Part shown: positions 36,701-45,800 of the stretch, one piece after another | Position numbering within the stretch: the stretch's first letter is position 1 | How the letters are laid out: every line of letters begins with the position of its first letter | DNA from: Nitrosopumilus sp. | GTDB lineage: Archaea; Thermoproteota; Nitrososphaeria; Nitrososphaerales; Nitrosopumilaceae | Reading direction: 5' to 3' | Length of the DNA stretch: 64,000 nucleotides | Assembly (NCBI GenBank): GCA_965205215.1 | Contig: OZ242041.1 | Location: forward strand, 32,001-96,000 | Position numbers and translations under genes: made by a program | Notes under the pieces: model-generated | Told to the model about the DNA's origin: nothing | Databases searched by the model: none | What the model saw: only the letters and a program-made list of their open reading frames with translations

Positions 36701-39700
36701 GCCGAGGGCCCCGCCGGCTACCGCATATCATGGGCCAAGGCCGGCGAGCCGTTCCTGACCTGGTCGGACCAGACGGGCAACGCCTTCCCGACCGAACCCT
36801 CCCGGACCATCGCCGGCCTGGAGGAGGACGAGGAGTACAAGGTGAGGGTTCTCGCCCGGTACGACGGCGCCCCCTCCGGCGGCTGGAGCGGCGAGCTGTA
36901 CATCACCGTTGCGGGGTCCGCCCCGCCCAACAGGCCGCCCGCCGTCGACGCCGGCCCCGACAGGGCCGTCCGGGAGGGCCATGCCGCCACCCTCACCGGC
37001 ACCGCCACCGACCCGGATCCCGGCGACGGCCTGGCCTACCTGTGGACCCACGATCAGCCGACCCTGAACGTCACGCTGGCCGACCCGGCGGCCCCGGCCA
37101 CCACGTTTACGGCCCCGCAGGTGGACTCCAACACCACCATAACCTTTACGCTGACGGCCACCGACCGGCACAACGCGACCGCCTCGGACGCCGTGGCCGT
37201 CACCATACTGGACGTCCCCGCCGCCGCCGATGACCCGGTGACGGCGACGCTCACCGTGGTGGCGCACGTGCAGGACGACGTTGATGGCTTTCTGGAGCTT
37301 GTCGGCGTGCACGGCGTCACCACCTTCAGGATAGGCGCCAGCACGTACGCCATATTCGCCGCGGCGCTAGACGACGGGGTCCAGCTGGCCGACGTCACAG
37401 ACCCCGCCAACCCCGTGGCCATCGCGCACGTCCGGGACAGCGACACCCGCATGCTGGACGGTGCGCGCGACATCGGCATATTCGGGATAGACGGCAGGAC
37501 GTACGCCATAGTCCTGGCGTCGGATGGGAATGGCGTCCAGATAATCGACGTCAGCGACCCCCACAATCCCGTCGTAGCCGGGTCCATGGAGGACACCGTC
37601 CAGACGCGCCTTCTGGGCCCGCTTGACGTCTCCATCTTCGTGCTGGACGGCGACACCTACGCGGCGATCTCTGCGTCGGTTGACCGTGCCGTCCAGATAG
37701 TCAACGTCACAGACCCCCTCAACCCGGTCCCGGCGGGGCACCTCATAGACAGCAGCCGGCTCGAGCTTGCCACGGCGTTCGGAATCGACACCTTTGAGAT
37801 TGGCGGCGGCGTGTACGCGGTGGTTGTCGGGCACGGCGACGACGGCGTCCAGATAGTCAACGTCACCGACCCGCACGCCCCCACCGCGGCGGGGCGCGTC
37901 ACCGACAGCCACGCCCTGGAGCTCCACAAGGCAACCGACGTCTCCGTGTTTGAGGTGGGCGGCAGCGTGTACGCGGTGGTCGCCGGCTATGAAGACTACG
38001 GCGTCCAGGTGATTGACGTCACAGACCCGTACAGCCCGGTCCCGACGGGACGCATCACCCGCATCGACAACCAGACAGGATACAGCGCCGTGGCCCAGGT
38101 CGACACCTTCACGGCCGGCGGCGGCGTGTACGCGGTCTTCTCATCATATGACGCGGACCGCGTCCACCTGGTGGATCTGTCCGACCCCTACAACCCGACT
38201 GACCTGGTAAACGTCCAGATTCTGGAGATCGGCGGCATGTACGGCGCGGACGTCTTTGAGACGGGGGGGGAACTGTACGCGATCGTCACGGGGCGGCTGT
38301 CCCACGACGCCTACATCTGGCAGATAGGGCTGTCGGTGGACCGGGCGCCCTGGCTCGCCGTCAACCCGCCGGCGTCCGCGTCCGTGCCTGCCGGCTCCGC
38401 CTACGTTGACGCGGGCGCCGTCTGCGCCGACGATACAGACGGCGACCTGACAGACCAGATACGCGCCGTCTCGACCGTCAACACGGCCGTCCCCGGCGGC
38501 TACACCGTCACCTACGCGTGCGCCGACTCGGCCGGCAACGTGGCCGCCGCGGCCCGGACCGTGACCGTAACGGATGCCGCCCCGTTGGCGCCTCCCGTTG
38601 GCGCCCCGGCCGTCGTCGTAGTCGGCGACGACCCCGCCGAGGTGGCCGTCGGGGACGACTACTCCGACGCGGGCGCCACCTGCTCCGACGATGCGGACGG
38701 CGACCTGACCGGCGCCATAAGGACGGCGTCCGACGTCAACGTCAACGCGCGCGGCAACTACACCGTCACCTACGCGTGCTCCGACTCTGACGGCAACGTG
38801 GCCGCCGCGGCCCGGACCGTGTCCGTGACGGACACGGACGCCCCCCGCATCTCCCCCGTCGGCCACTCCACGGTCAGGATCTACGTAGGGGACGCCTACG
38901 CCGACGCGGGCGCCACCTGCACGGACAGGGTGGACGGCGACCTCTCCGACGACGTTGCGGCCACCGACAACATAGACGCCTCAGCCGCCGGGCGGTACAC
39001 GGTAACATACTCCTGCGCCGACTCGGCCGGCAACGGGGCCGCCACAACCCGGACCGTGGTCGTGCTTGATCCCGTCCCCATCATCGCCGACGGGGTGGGA
39101 AACTATACCACGCTGGATGGCGCAAACGGCGTCGATGTCTTCGAGAGGGGCGGCAGCACCTACGCGGTCATCGCCGCGCGGTACGACAGCGGCGTCCAGG
39201 TGGTAGACGTGACCGACCCGAACCGACCCGCGGCGGCGGGGAGCATCAGGGATGATGCCGCCCTGGAGCTTCTCGGCGCAAGGGACGTCGAGGTCTTCGA
39301 GAGGGACGGCGGCACCTACGCGGTCGTCACTGGACGGAGCGACGACGGCGTCCAGGTGATAGACGTGACCGACCCGAACCGACCCGCGGCGGCGGGAAGC
39401 ATCAGGGACAGCGCCGCTCTGGAGCTTGACGGCGCCACCGACGTGGCCGTCTTTGAGAGGGGCAACAGCACCTACGCGGTCGTCGCCGCATATGACGACG
39501 ACGGCGTCCAGGTGATAGACGTGACCGACCCGAACCGACCCGCGGCGGCGGGGAGCATCAGGGACAGCGCCGCTCTGGAGCTTGACGGCGCCGCCGACGT
39601 GGCCGTCTTTGAGAGGGGCAACAGCACCTACGCGGTCGTCGCCGCATATGACGACAACATCGTCCAGGTGGTAGACGTGACCGACCCCGCCAACCCGGCC

Positions 39701-41776
39701 GCTGTGGGGAGCATCTCCGACAACAGCCGCCGCCACCTCGAGGGCCCGACCGACGTGGCCGTCTTCGAGAGGGGCAACAGCACCTACGCGGTCGTCACGG
39801 CAGTCTTAGACGACGGCATCCAGGTGATAGACGTCACAGACCCCGCCAACCCGGCCGCTGTGGGGCGCAAGGGCTACGGCGCCAGCAACCTTGAGGGCCT
39901 GTACGGCATCACCACCTTTGAGGACGGCGACCGAACCCATGCGATCATCATGCAGAGCTTCCGCGACGGCGTCCGGATAGTGGACCTCACCGATCCGTCC
40001 AGGCCGGCCAACCAGAAGGTCATCTACGACAACGAGATTCTCAGGCTCGACGGCGCCTACGACGCGGCCACCTTCCAGGCGGGCGGCAGCACCTACGCGA
40101 TAGTCACGGCCAGTGGTGATAACGGGGCCCAGATAATACCCGTGGCCGTATCGGCCGCCGCGCGCGTACCGCCGGCCATAACGCTCAGCGGGACGTCCCC
40201 CGTCATGATATTTGCGGGCTCCGCCTATGTTGACGCGGGCGCCGCCTGCGCCGACGACATAGACGGCGACCTGACCGACCTGATGCAGGCATTCTCGACG
40301 GTCAACGCAGCCGTCCCGGGCAACTACACCGTCACCTACGAGTGCACCGACTCGGTCGGCCAGACCGCGACCGCAGTCCGGGAGGTCGTGGTGGCGGATG
40401 CCCGGCCGCCGGCCTTCCTCTCGGCCGTCTACGAGGTGGGTTCCGGCACGGTTACGATAACCTTTGACGAGCCGCTCAACTCCACGGCCCATCCGGACCG
40501 CCTGCACGTCCGGGATGCAGGCCAGTCCTCGGGCGGCGCCACGCTGGGCGGCGGCGCCACCTGGTCGGTCTCAGGCCCCGCCCTGGCCGTCACGCTCACC
40601 GCCCCCCAGGCGGCCGCCATCGGAGGCCTGGCTGCCCCCCAGCTTGACATCGACCAAGGGGCCGTCTTTGACCTGGCGGGCGTCGGGGTAGACGCTACGC
40701 CTGACCGGCCCATCACCATCCAGAGGGACAACCGGCCGCCGGCCGCCGACGCCGGCCCCGACCAGGCCGCCCCGGAGGGCTCGGAGGTCTCACTCAACGG
40801 CACCGCCACAGACCCGGATCCCGGAGACCGGCTGGCCCACCTGTGGACGCACGACCGGCCCGCCATGAACGTCACCCTGGCCGACCCGGCGGCCCCGTCG
40901 ACCACGTTTACGGCCCCGCAGGTGGACTCCAACACCACCATAACCTTTACGCTTACGGCCACCGACCAACGCAATATGACCGCCTCGGACACCGTGGCCG
41001 TCACCATACTGGACGTCCCCGCGGACGGCCCGCCGCCCGCCCCGGTCGATATTCCAGAAAACACCACAACCACCACCACAGTCCTGGACCCGCCCGACCC
41101 CCGCGGCCCCCGCGACATAGGCAGTATCACCCTGGCCAGCCCTGCCCCCGGGGCCATCCAGGCCAGCTGGGAGCCCCCCACCGAGGACCCGGCCGACTAC
41201 CGCATATCATGGGCCAAGGCCGGCGACTCCTACCTGACCTGGACGGACCTGACGGGCAACGCCTTCCCGACCGACCCCTCCCTGACCATCACCGGCCTAG
41301 AGGAGGACGGGGAATACAAGGTGAAGATCCGCGCCAGATATGGCGGCACCTCCGGCGACTGGAGCGGCGAGCTGTCCATCACAGTTGCGGGATCCGCCCC
41401 CGCCGACAGGCCGCCCGTCCCAGTCGATCCTCCAGAGAACACCACCACCACCACAGTCCTGGACCCGCCCGACCCCCGCGGCCCCCGCGACATAGGCAGG
41501 ATCACCCTGGCAAGCTCGGCCCCCGGGGCCATCCAGGCCAGCTGGGAGCCTCCCGCCGAGGACCCCGCGGACTACCGGATAACGTGGGCCAAGGCCGGCG
41601 ACTCCTACCTGACCTGGACGGACCTGACGGGCAACGCCTTCCCGACCGACCCCTCTTGGACCATCGCCGGCCTGGAGGAGGACGGGGAATACAAGGTGAA
41701 GATCCGCGCCAGATATGGCGGCACCTCCGGCGACTGGAGCGGCGAGGCGACAATCCGGGTCGCGGGAACCGGGTAG
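30518..41776 (+). CDS. Giant surface protein D, 3752 aa: three 7-blade (LVIVD-like) propellers, two DUF285/BspA-like modules, PKD-like, four Cys-containing Ig-like (DUF5011-like) and FN3-like domains
   Basis: Long ORF with leader LLVPLAVAVALTAVVLG. Repeats ELDGAxxIATFETGGxxYAAVA..DDGVQILNLTDP, DUF285-type repeats, and YVDAGAxCxDDxDGDLT...YTVTYxCxDSxGN units. Confidence 0.9.
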   Translation: MIRAQRAPLPGGAGTGALLVPLAVAVALTAVVLGTAQPYLHSLSGDVDAPYPDTPAAAPGWHAFAQSVQAVLDLRPAGHISDGDPGAPELDGATDIATFETGGHVYAAVASFDDDGVQILNVTDPANVSGVGSITDGDPGTPELDTASGIATFEAGGHVYAAVASDADDGVQILNLTDPANIAGVGSVNDGDPGVPELDGARGIATFETGGRVYAAVAASGDDAVQILDLTDPANVSGAGSITDGDPGAPALNGASDIDTFETGGHVYAAVASDYDDAVQILNLTDPANIAGTDSIADGDPGGPSIGGALGIATFETGGHVYAAVASFDDDAVQILNVTDPANISVAGSIADGDPGAPALNGAFGIATFEIGERHVYAAVASIYDDAVQILNLTDPANITGAGHVADGDPGAHELDGASDVTTFETGGRTYAAVTSSRDNGVQIVQLAAARAPPAVDAGPDQAVREGTEVALNGTASGPDPGDSISYLWSHDRPDLNVTLADPAALSTTFTAPQVDTSTNTSTTITFTLTATDRHNATASDAATVTVLDTPPNRPPAADAGPDQTVREGSEVSLNGTATDPDGDSVSYMWNQTSGPPVELLGADTPSPSFTAPEVSSDAVLAFEMAAGDGLDSTTDTVRVTVRDAPDASHFVTTWKTKTAGESITIPAGGTGGAYTVDWGDGTVDEGVSGSRTHSYDGAGTHTVSISGDFSRISLGGSPANAKKLQSIEQWGDVQWKSMRSAFAGASNMAYRATDAPDLSRVADTSQMFAYASSFDGDISGWDVSRVTDMTAMFQDASSFDGDLSSWNVSRVTDMGYMFYGASSFDGDISGWDVSRVTDMDYMFTDATSFDGDISGWDVSRVTRMSYMFYGATSFDQNLGAWYITLDSTAIGHGDIPGTVGGIAAQNAPLSRQNPAYGIGSGGDSSLFEINGTGLVLTAAPDRPADPPYTVNVTATGSFGSNNNHRVIEVSIASLPLTAGAGPDQAVTEGRPVHLNGTAVYGGPADRPAYLWTHDRPDLNVTLADPAALSTTFTAPQVDSNTTITFTLTATGRHNATATDAATVTVMDTPPNRPPTADAGPDRSVEEGAAVTLAGGATDPDGDSVSYLWNQTSGPPVVELRGADTPSPSFTAPEVASDAVLAFEMTAGDGMHNSTDAVRVTVRDVPESSHFVTTWKTKTAGGSITIPAGGTYTVDWGDGTVDRRVSGSRTHAYDEAGTHTVRIWGGLSSINLGGNPANAQKLQSIEQWGDIRWRSMGSAFQGASNMVYRATDAPDLSRVTDTSFMFRDAASFSGNLSSWDVSSVTNMDAMFYHAHSFNSDLSSWNVSRVYDMNAMFSQAYPFNSDLSAWDVSNVLYMGTMFSRTSFDGDISGWNVSRVIDMHWMFEGASSFNSDLSGWDVSSAYDMSKMFYGASSFNSDLSAWNVSRVDSMYRMFEGASSFNSDLSAWNVSRVFDMTGMFSGASSFNSDISGWNVSRVADMPQMFARASSFNSDLSSWDVSQMDDTSKMFAGASSFDGDLSSWNVSRVTDMSQMFARASSFDGDISGWDVSQVTDMHRMFAGASSFDGDLSSWNVSQVTDMSQMFEGADAFDQNLGNWYIVLDGLQASGADDGGIVGEISAQNAFLAGQEPAYGMGTGGDSNLFEIVNGTILKLRTPPDDAPAEGPYAVTVTSTGRFGTDNSRTFEIAPAENPRSPPAVGAGPDQAVREGTEVALNGTASDPDPGDSLAYLWTHDRPGLNVTLADPAALSTTFTAPQVDSNTNTTITFTLTATDRHGMAASDTVAVTILDVPADDDPPLQSNTAVLEAQRSFRDIGSITLVSSTPGTIQASWVAPAEPPANYRITWAKAGEVFPSWTDQMGNAFPTEPSWTITGLEGGERYKVKVRASYSGTAGDWSGELAITVVGATPANRPPAVDAGPDQAAPEGSEVALSGTATDPDPGDSLAYLWTHDQPTLNVTLADPAALSTTFTAPQVDSNTTITLTLTATDRHGMAASDTVAVTILDVPADDDDPPPAPVDPPEDTTTTTVLDPPDPRGPRDIGRITLASPAPGTIQAGWEPPAEGPAGYRISWAKAGEPFLTWSDQTGNAFPTEPSRTIAGLEEDEEYKVRVLARYDGAPSGGWSGELYITVAGSAPPNRPPAVDAGPDRAVREGHAATLTGTATDPDPGDGLAYLWTHDQPTLNVTLADPAAPATTFTAPQVDSNTTITFTLTATDRHNATASDAVAVTILDVPAAADDPVTATLTVVAHVQDDVDGFLELVGVHGVTTFRIGASTYAIFAAALDDGVQLADVTDPANPVAIAHVRDSDTRMLDGARDIGIFGIDGRTYAIVLASDGNGVQIIDVSDPHNPVVAGSMEDTVQTRLLGPLDVSIFVLDGDTYAAISASVDRAVQIVNVTDPLNPVPAGHLIDSSRLELATAFGIDTFEIGGGVYAVVVGHGDDGVQIVNVTDPHAPTAAGRVTDSHALELHKATDVSVFEVGGSVYAVVAGYEDYGVQVIDVTDPYSPVPTGRITRIDNQTGYSAVAQVDTFTAGGGVYAVFSSYDADRVHLVDLSDPYNPTDLVNVQILEIGGMYGADVFETGGELYAIVTGRLSHDAYIWQIGLSVDRAPWLAVNPPASASVPAGSAYVDAGAVCADDTDGDLTDQIRAVSTVNTAVPGGYTVTYACADSAGNVAAAARTVTVTDAAPLAPPVGAPAVVVVGDDPAEVAVGDDYSDAGATCSDDADGDLTGAIRTASDVNVNARGNYTVTYACSDSDGNVAAAARTVSVTDTDAPRISPVGHSTVRIYVGDAYADAGATCTDRVDGDLSDDVAATDNIDASAAGRYTVTYSCADSAGNGAATTRTVVVLDPVPIIADGVGNYTTLDGANGVDVFERGGSTYAVIAARYDSGVQVVDVTDPNRPAAAGSIRDDAALELLGARDVEVFERDGGTYAVVTGRSDDGVQVIDVTDPNRPAAAGSIRDSAALELDGATDVAVFERGNSTYAVVAAYDDDGVQVIDVTDPNRPAAAGSIRDSAALELDGAADVAVFERGNSTYAVVAAYDDNIVQVVDVTDPANPAAVGSISDNSRRHLEGPTDVAVFERGNSTYAVVTAVLDDGIQVIDVTDPANPAAVGRKGYGASNLEGLYGITTFEDGDRTHAIIMQSFRDGVRIVDLTDPSRPANQKVIYDNEILRLDGAYDAATFQAGGSTYAIVTASGDNGAQIIPVAVSAAARVPPAITLSGTSPVMIFAGSAYVDAGAACADDIDGDLTDLMQAFSTVNAAVPGNYTVTYECTDSVGQTATAVREVVVADARPPAFLSAVYEVGSGTVTITFDEPLNSTAHPDRLHVRDAGQSSGGATLGGGATWSVSGPALAVTLTAPQAAAIGGLAAPQLDIDQGAVFDLAGVGVDATPDRPITIQRDNRPPAADAGPDQAAPEGSEVSLNGTATDPDPGDRLAHLWTHDRPAMNVTLADPAAPSTTFTAPQVDSNTTITFTLTATDQRNMTASDTVAVTILDVPADGPPPAPVDIPENTTTTTTVLDPPDPRGPRDIGSITLASPAPGAIQASWEPPTEDPADYRISWAKAGDSYLTWTDLTGNAFPTDPSLTITGLEEDGEYKVKIRARYGGTSGDWSGELSITVAGSAPADRPPVPVDPPENTTTTTVLDPPDPRGPRDIGRITLASSAPGAIQASWEPPAEDPADYRITWAKAGDSYLTWTDLTGNAFPTDPSWTIAGLEEDGEYKVKIRARYGGTSGDWSGEATIRVAGTG

Positions 41777-41806
41777 TGGGGCCGCCACAAGACCAAGGAT
41801 GGGGGA

Positions 41807-42104
41807 GGCCAGGCCCGCATGGCCGCGGGCTGCTGCCTGTGCGCCGGCCACGCGATCCGGCACTGCCCGTGCATCCCGGCCGGCGGGGATGCCCGGATCC
41901 CCGTGGTCGGGGGGGACAGGTTTCCGCCCCCCCCCCCCAAGTCCTGCGGGAACTATACCTACTGGAAGTGGGACGGCCCGCCCTCACGACCGCCCACCGG
42001 TCTTGGGCAGGGCACTGCTGCTGCGCCACCACCGCAGTCTCAAGGCGCCGTCCGGGGCGCCGGCAAGGTGTGTTGCAGCCGAATGGCGGGCCCGTCGCCG
42101 GCAG
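41807..42104. repeat. Non-coding trailer repeat after gene D (copy at ~50055-50345 after gene E)
   Basis: Shared GGCCAGGCCCGCATGGCCGCGGGCTGCTGCCTGTGCGCC...GTGTGTTGCAGCCGAATGGCGGGCCCGTC.CCGGCAGA. Confidence 0.8.
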
Positions 42105-42419
42105 ATGTGGCGGTAAAAATCCGTCGCCGGCAGATGGGACGTAATGCGGCCGGCCAAAAGGACAAATCTGCATGGGCGGCCGCCGATCTGGGCCGCCGCA
42201 GTGTCCGTCGGTACGTTCATCGCGCCAAAGGCGACCCACCCGTCCCGGATATTGCCGGCCGGCACCGGATATCCTGGAGGAACGGGATCAGCCGGCGCGA
42301 TCTCCCCCTGCCGCGGGCAGCGGCGGCGCAAGGCATGGCGCCACCGCAAGCGGCACGCAGGCGCGCGGCTGCAGCAAGGCATGCCCGCACCTTACATGCC
42401 GATACGTCGATGGCTTTAG

Positions 42420-42805
42420 TGCGCGTGCGCCGCAAATGACGCGGCGCAAATGACGCGGCGCATGCGGCGCGTTGCACAGCTTGCTGCCCGGATGCGCGCG
42501 GGGGCGCTTCCCAGTTGGGCCCGCCAGGCCGCAGCCCGGCAGAGTGGCGGCTTCCTATGACTGAACCACACAATAGAAATAAACATGATGGGCAAAAGTC
42601 CGACATATGACACGGGCGCAAAGGGCCCCGCGGCCTGGCGGCGCGGGTACAGGGGCGCTGCTGGTGCCCCTGGCGGTGGCAGTCGCGCTGACGGCAGTGG
42701 TTCTGGGGACGGCGCAGCCATACTTGCACAGCCTGTCCGGGGATGTCGACGCGCCATACCCGGACACGCCTGCCGCCGCCCCCGGGTGGCACGCCTTCGC
42801 GCAGT
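42420..42805. repeat. Upstream region + leader repeat of gene E
   Basis: Matches ~30340-30716 and adds a 14-bp tandem duplication at 42431-42458. Confidence 0.85.
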
Positions 42806-45800
42806 CCCTTCAGGAATGGCTGGACCTGAGGCCGACCGACCAGATCACCGACGCCGGTCATCTGGAGCTTAACGACGCCCGGGGCATCGCCGTCTTCGAG
42901 ACCGGCGGGCACGTCTACGCGGCCGTCGCAGCCTACCACGACGACGGCGTCCAGATCCTCAACCTCACCGACCCTGCCAACATCAGGGCGACAGACGAGA
43001 TCACCGACACAGGCAGCCTGGAGCTTGACGGCGCAACCAGCATCGCCGTCTTCGAGAGGGACGCTCGCACCTACGCGGCCGTCGCAGCCTACTACGACGA
43101 CGGCGTCCAGGTGCTGGACCTGACCGACCCGGCCAACATCACGGCGGCAGACTGGATCACAGACACACGCAGCCTGGAGCTTCGCGGCCCCCGCGGCATC
43201 GACACCTTCGAGACCGGCGGCCGCACCTACGCGGCCGTCGCAGGACACAAAGACGACGGCGTCCAGATACTCGACCTGACCAACCCGGCCAACATCAGGG
43301 CGACTGCCCAGCTAGCCGACACCTGCGGCCTGGAGATTTACGGCGCCCGCGGCATCACCGCCTTTGAGATGGGCGAGCACACCTACGCGGCAGTCTCAGG
43401 AAACAGGGAAGACGGCATCCAGATACTCAACCTGACCGACCCGGCCAACATCGCAGCGATCGGCCGGATCGTCGACTATGGCACCAGCGAGCTCGGCTCC
43501 CCGGCCGAGATAGCCATCTTCAAGATGGGCGAGCGCACCTACGCGGCAGTAGCCGCCCACTACGACAACGGCGTCCAGGTGCTGGACCTGACCGACCCGG
43601 CCAGACCTGTGCGGTCCGGCCATATCGACGACACCCCGAACCTAGAGCTTGGTGGCGCAATCGGCATCACCACCTTCAAGATGGGCGAGCGCACCTACGC
43701 GGCCGTCGCCTCAAGGGACGACAGCGGCGTCCAGGTGCTGGACCTGACCGACCCTGCCAACATCGCAGCGATCGGCCGGATCACCGACAATGACAATTAC
43801 GAGCTTGCAGGCGCACTGGATGTTGCCCACTTCGAGACGGACGGGCGCACCTACCTGGCCGTCGCTGCGCAGGATGACGACGGCGTCCAGATAATTCATC
43901 TGGCCGGAGAACGGCCGCCGACCACAGATGTCGGATCCAACATGACCTCCCAAGTGGGGTCGGCGGAGACCCCGTCCGGGACGACTGCCCCCGACCTGCG
44001 CAACGGGACCGCCTCGGACACCGCCGGCGACCCGCCGGCCAACGCCGTCGCGCTGGAACCGCCAGAGCAGCACGGCTCCTGCGATGTCGGCAGGCTCACC
44101 CTGGCGAGCTCCCAGCCGGGAACGATTCAGGCGGGCTGGGAGGCACCCATTAGGGTGCCTACCGACTACCGGGTCGCATGGGCCAAGGTGGGCGAGGACA
44201 TCAAGAGATGGACAGACCTGTCGGGCAACGCCTTCCCGGCCGAGCCCTCCAAGACCATCACCGGCCTGGAGGAGGGCGAGACATACAAGGTGAAGGTGCG
44301 CGCCCGATACAGCGATGATGCCGGCGGCTGGAGCGGCGAAGCCATCATCACCGTCGCCGGATCTGCCGCCAACCGCCCCCCGGCCGCCGACGCGGGGGTG
44401 GGCCAGGCCGTCCGGGAGGGCTCGGAGGTCGCACTCAACGGCACCGCCACCGACCCGGACCCCGGAGACCGGCTGGCCCACCTGTGGACGCACGACCGGC
44501 CCGACCTGAACGTCACGCTGGCCGATCCGGCGGCCCTGTCGACCACGTTTACGGCCCCGCAGGTGGACTCCAACACCACCATAACCTTTACGCTGACGGC
44601 CACCGACCGGCACAACGGAACCGCCGCGGACACCACCACGGTCACCGTCCTGGACACCCCGCCCAACCGGCCGCCCACGGCCGACGCAGGGCCGGACCAG
44701 GCCGTCCGGGAGGGGGCCGCGGTGACGCTCGCCGGCACCGCCGCCGACCCCGACGGCGACAGCGTCTCCTACCTGTGGAACCAGACCTCGGGCCCGCCCG
44801 TGGAACTGCGGGGGGCCGACACGCCGTCCCCCTCGTTCACGGCGCCCGAGGTCGCCTCCGACGCGGTGCTCGCCTTTGAGATGGCCGCCGGCGACGGCCT
44901 TGACAGCTCCACTGACACCGTCCGGGTGACGGTGCGCGACGCGCCGGAGGGCTCCCACTTTGTCACCACCTGGAAGACGAAAACCGCCGGCGAGTCCATA
45001 ACCATCCCGGTGGGCAGAACCGGCGGCACCTACACCGTCGACTGGGGCGACGGGACCGTCGACGAGGGCGTCTCTGGGAGCCGGACGCACTCGTATGACG
45101 GGGCCGGCACCTACACGGTCAGCATATCGGGAGACTTTTCAAGCATCAAACTCGAGGACAGCCAGGCCAGCGCGAAAAAGCTGCAGTCGATAGAGCAGTG
45201 GGGGGACGTACAGTGGAAGTCTATGAGATCGGCGTTTGTCGGAGCCTCGAACATGGCCTACCGCGCGACCGACGCCCCGGACCTCTCGCGCGTGACAGAC
45301 ACGTCCCAGATGTTCGCCTACGCATCCTCCTTTGACGGCGACATATCAGGCTGGGACGTCTCGCGCGTGACAGACATGACGGCCATGTTCCAGAGCGCCT
45401 CCTCGTTTGACGGCGACCTGTCATCCTGGAACGTCTCGCGCGTGACAGACATGGACTACATGTTCTACGACGCCTCCTCGTTTGACGGCGACATATCAGG
45501 CTGGGACGTCTCGCGGGTGACAGACATGGACTACATGTTCCAGGGCGCCTCCTCGTTTGACGGCGACATCTCCGGCTGGGACGTCTCGCGCGTGACCCGC
45601 ATGAACTACATGTTCTACGGCGCCACCTCGTTTGGCCAGAACCTCGGCGCCTGGTACATCACCCTTGACAACGCCACCATCGGGCACGGCGGCATACCCG
45701 GGACGGTCGGCGGCATCGCCGCCCAGAACGCCCCGCTCAGCCGGCAGAACCCCGCCTACGGGATAGGCTCCGGCGGCGACTCGAGCCTCTTTGAGATCAA

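Noticed and set aside
2010-42607. Similar start-to-start spacing in both arms (12142 bp for B/A, 12089 bp for D/E)
   Set aside because: Only two values with different gene content; treated as coincidence.
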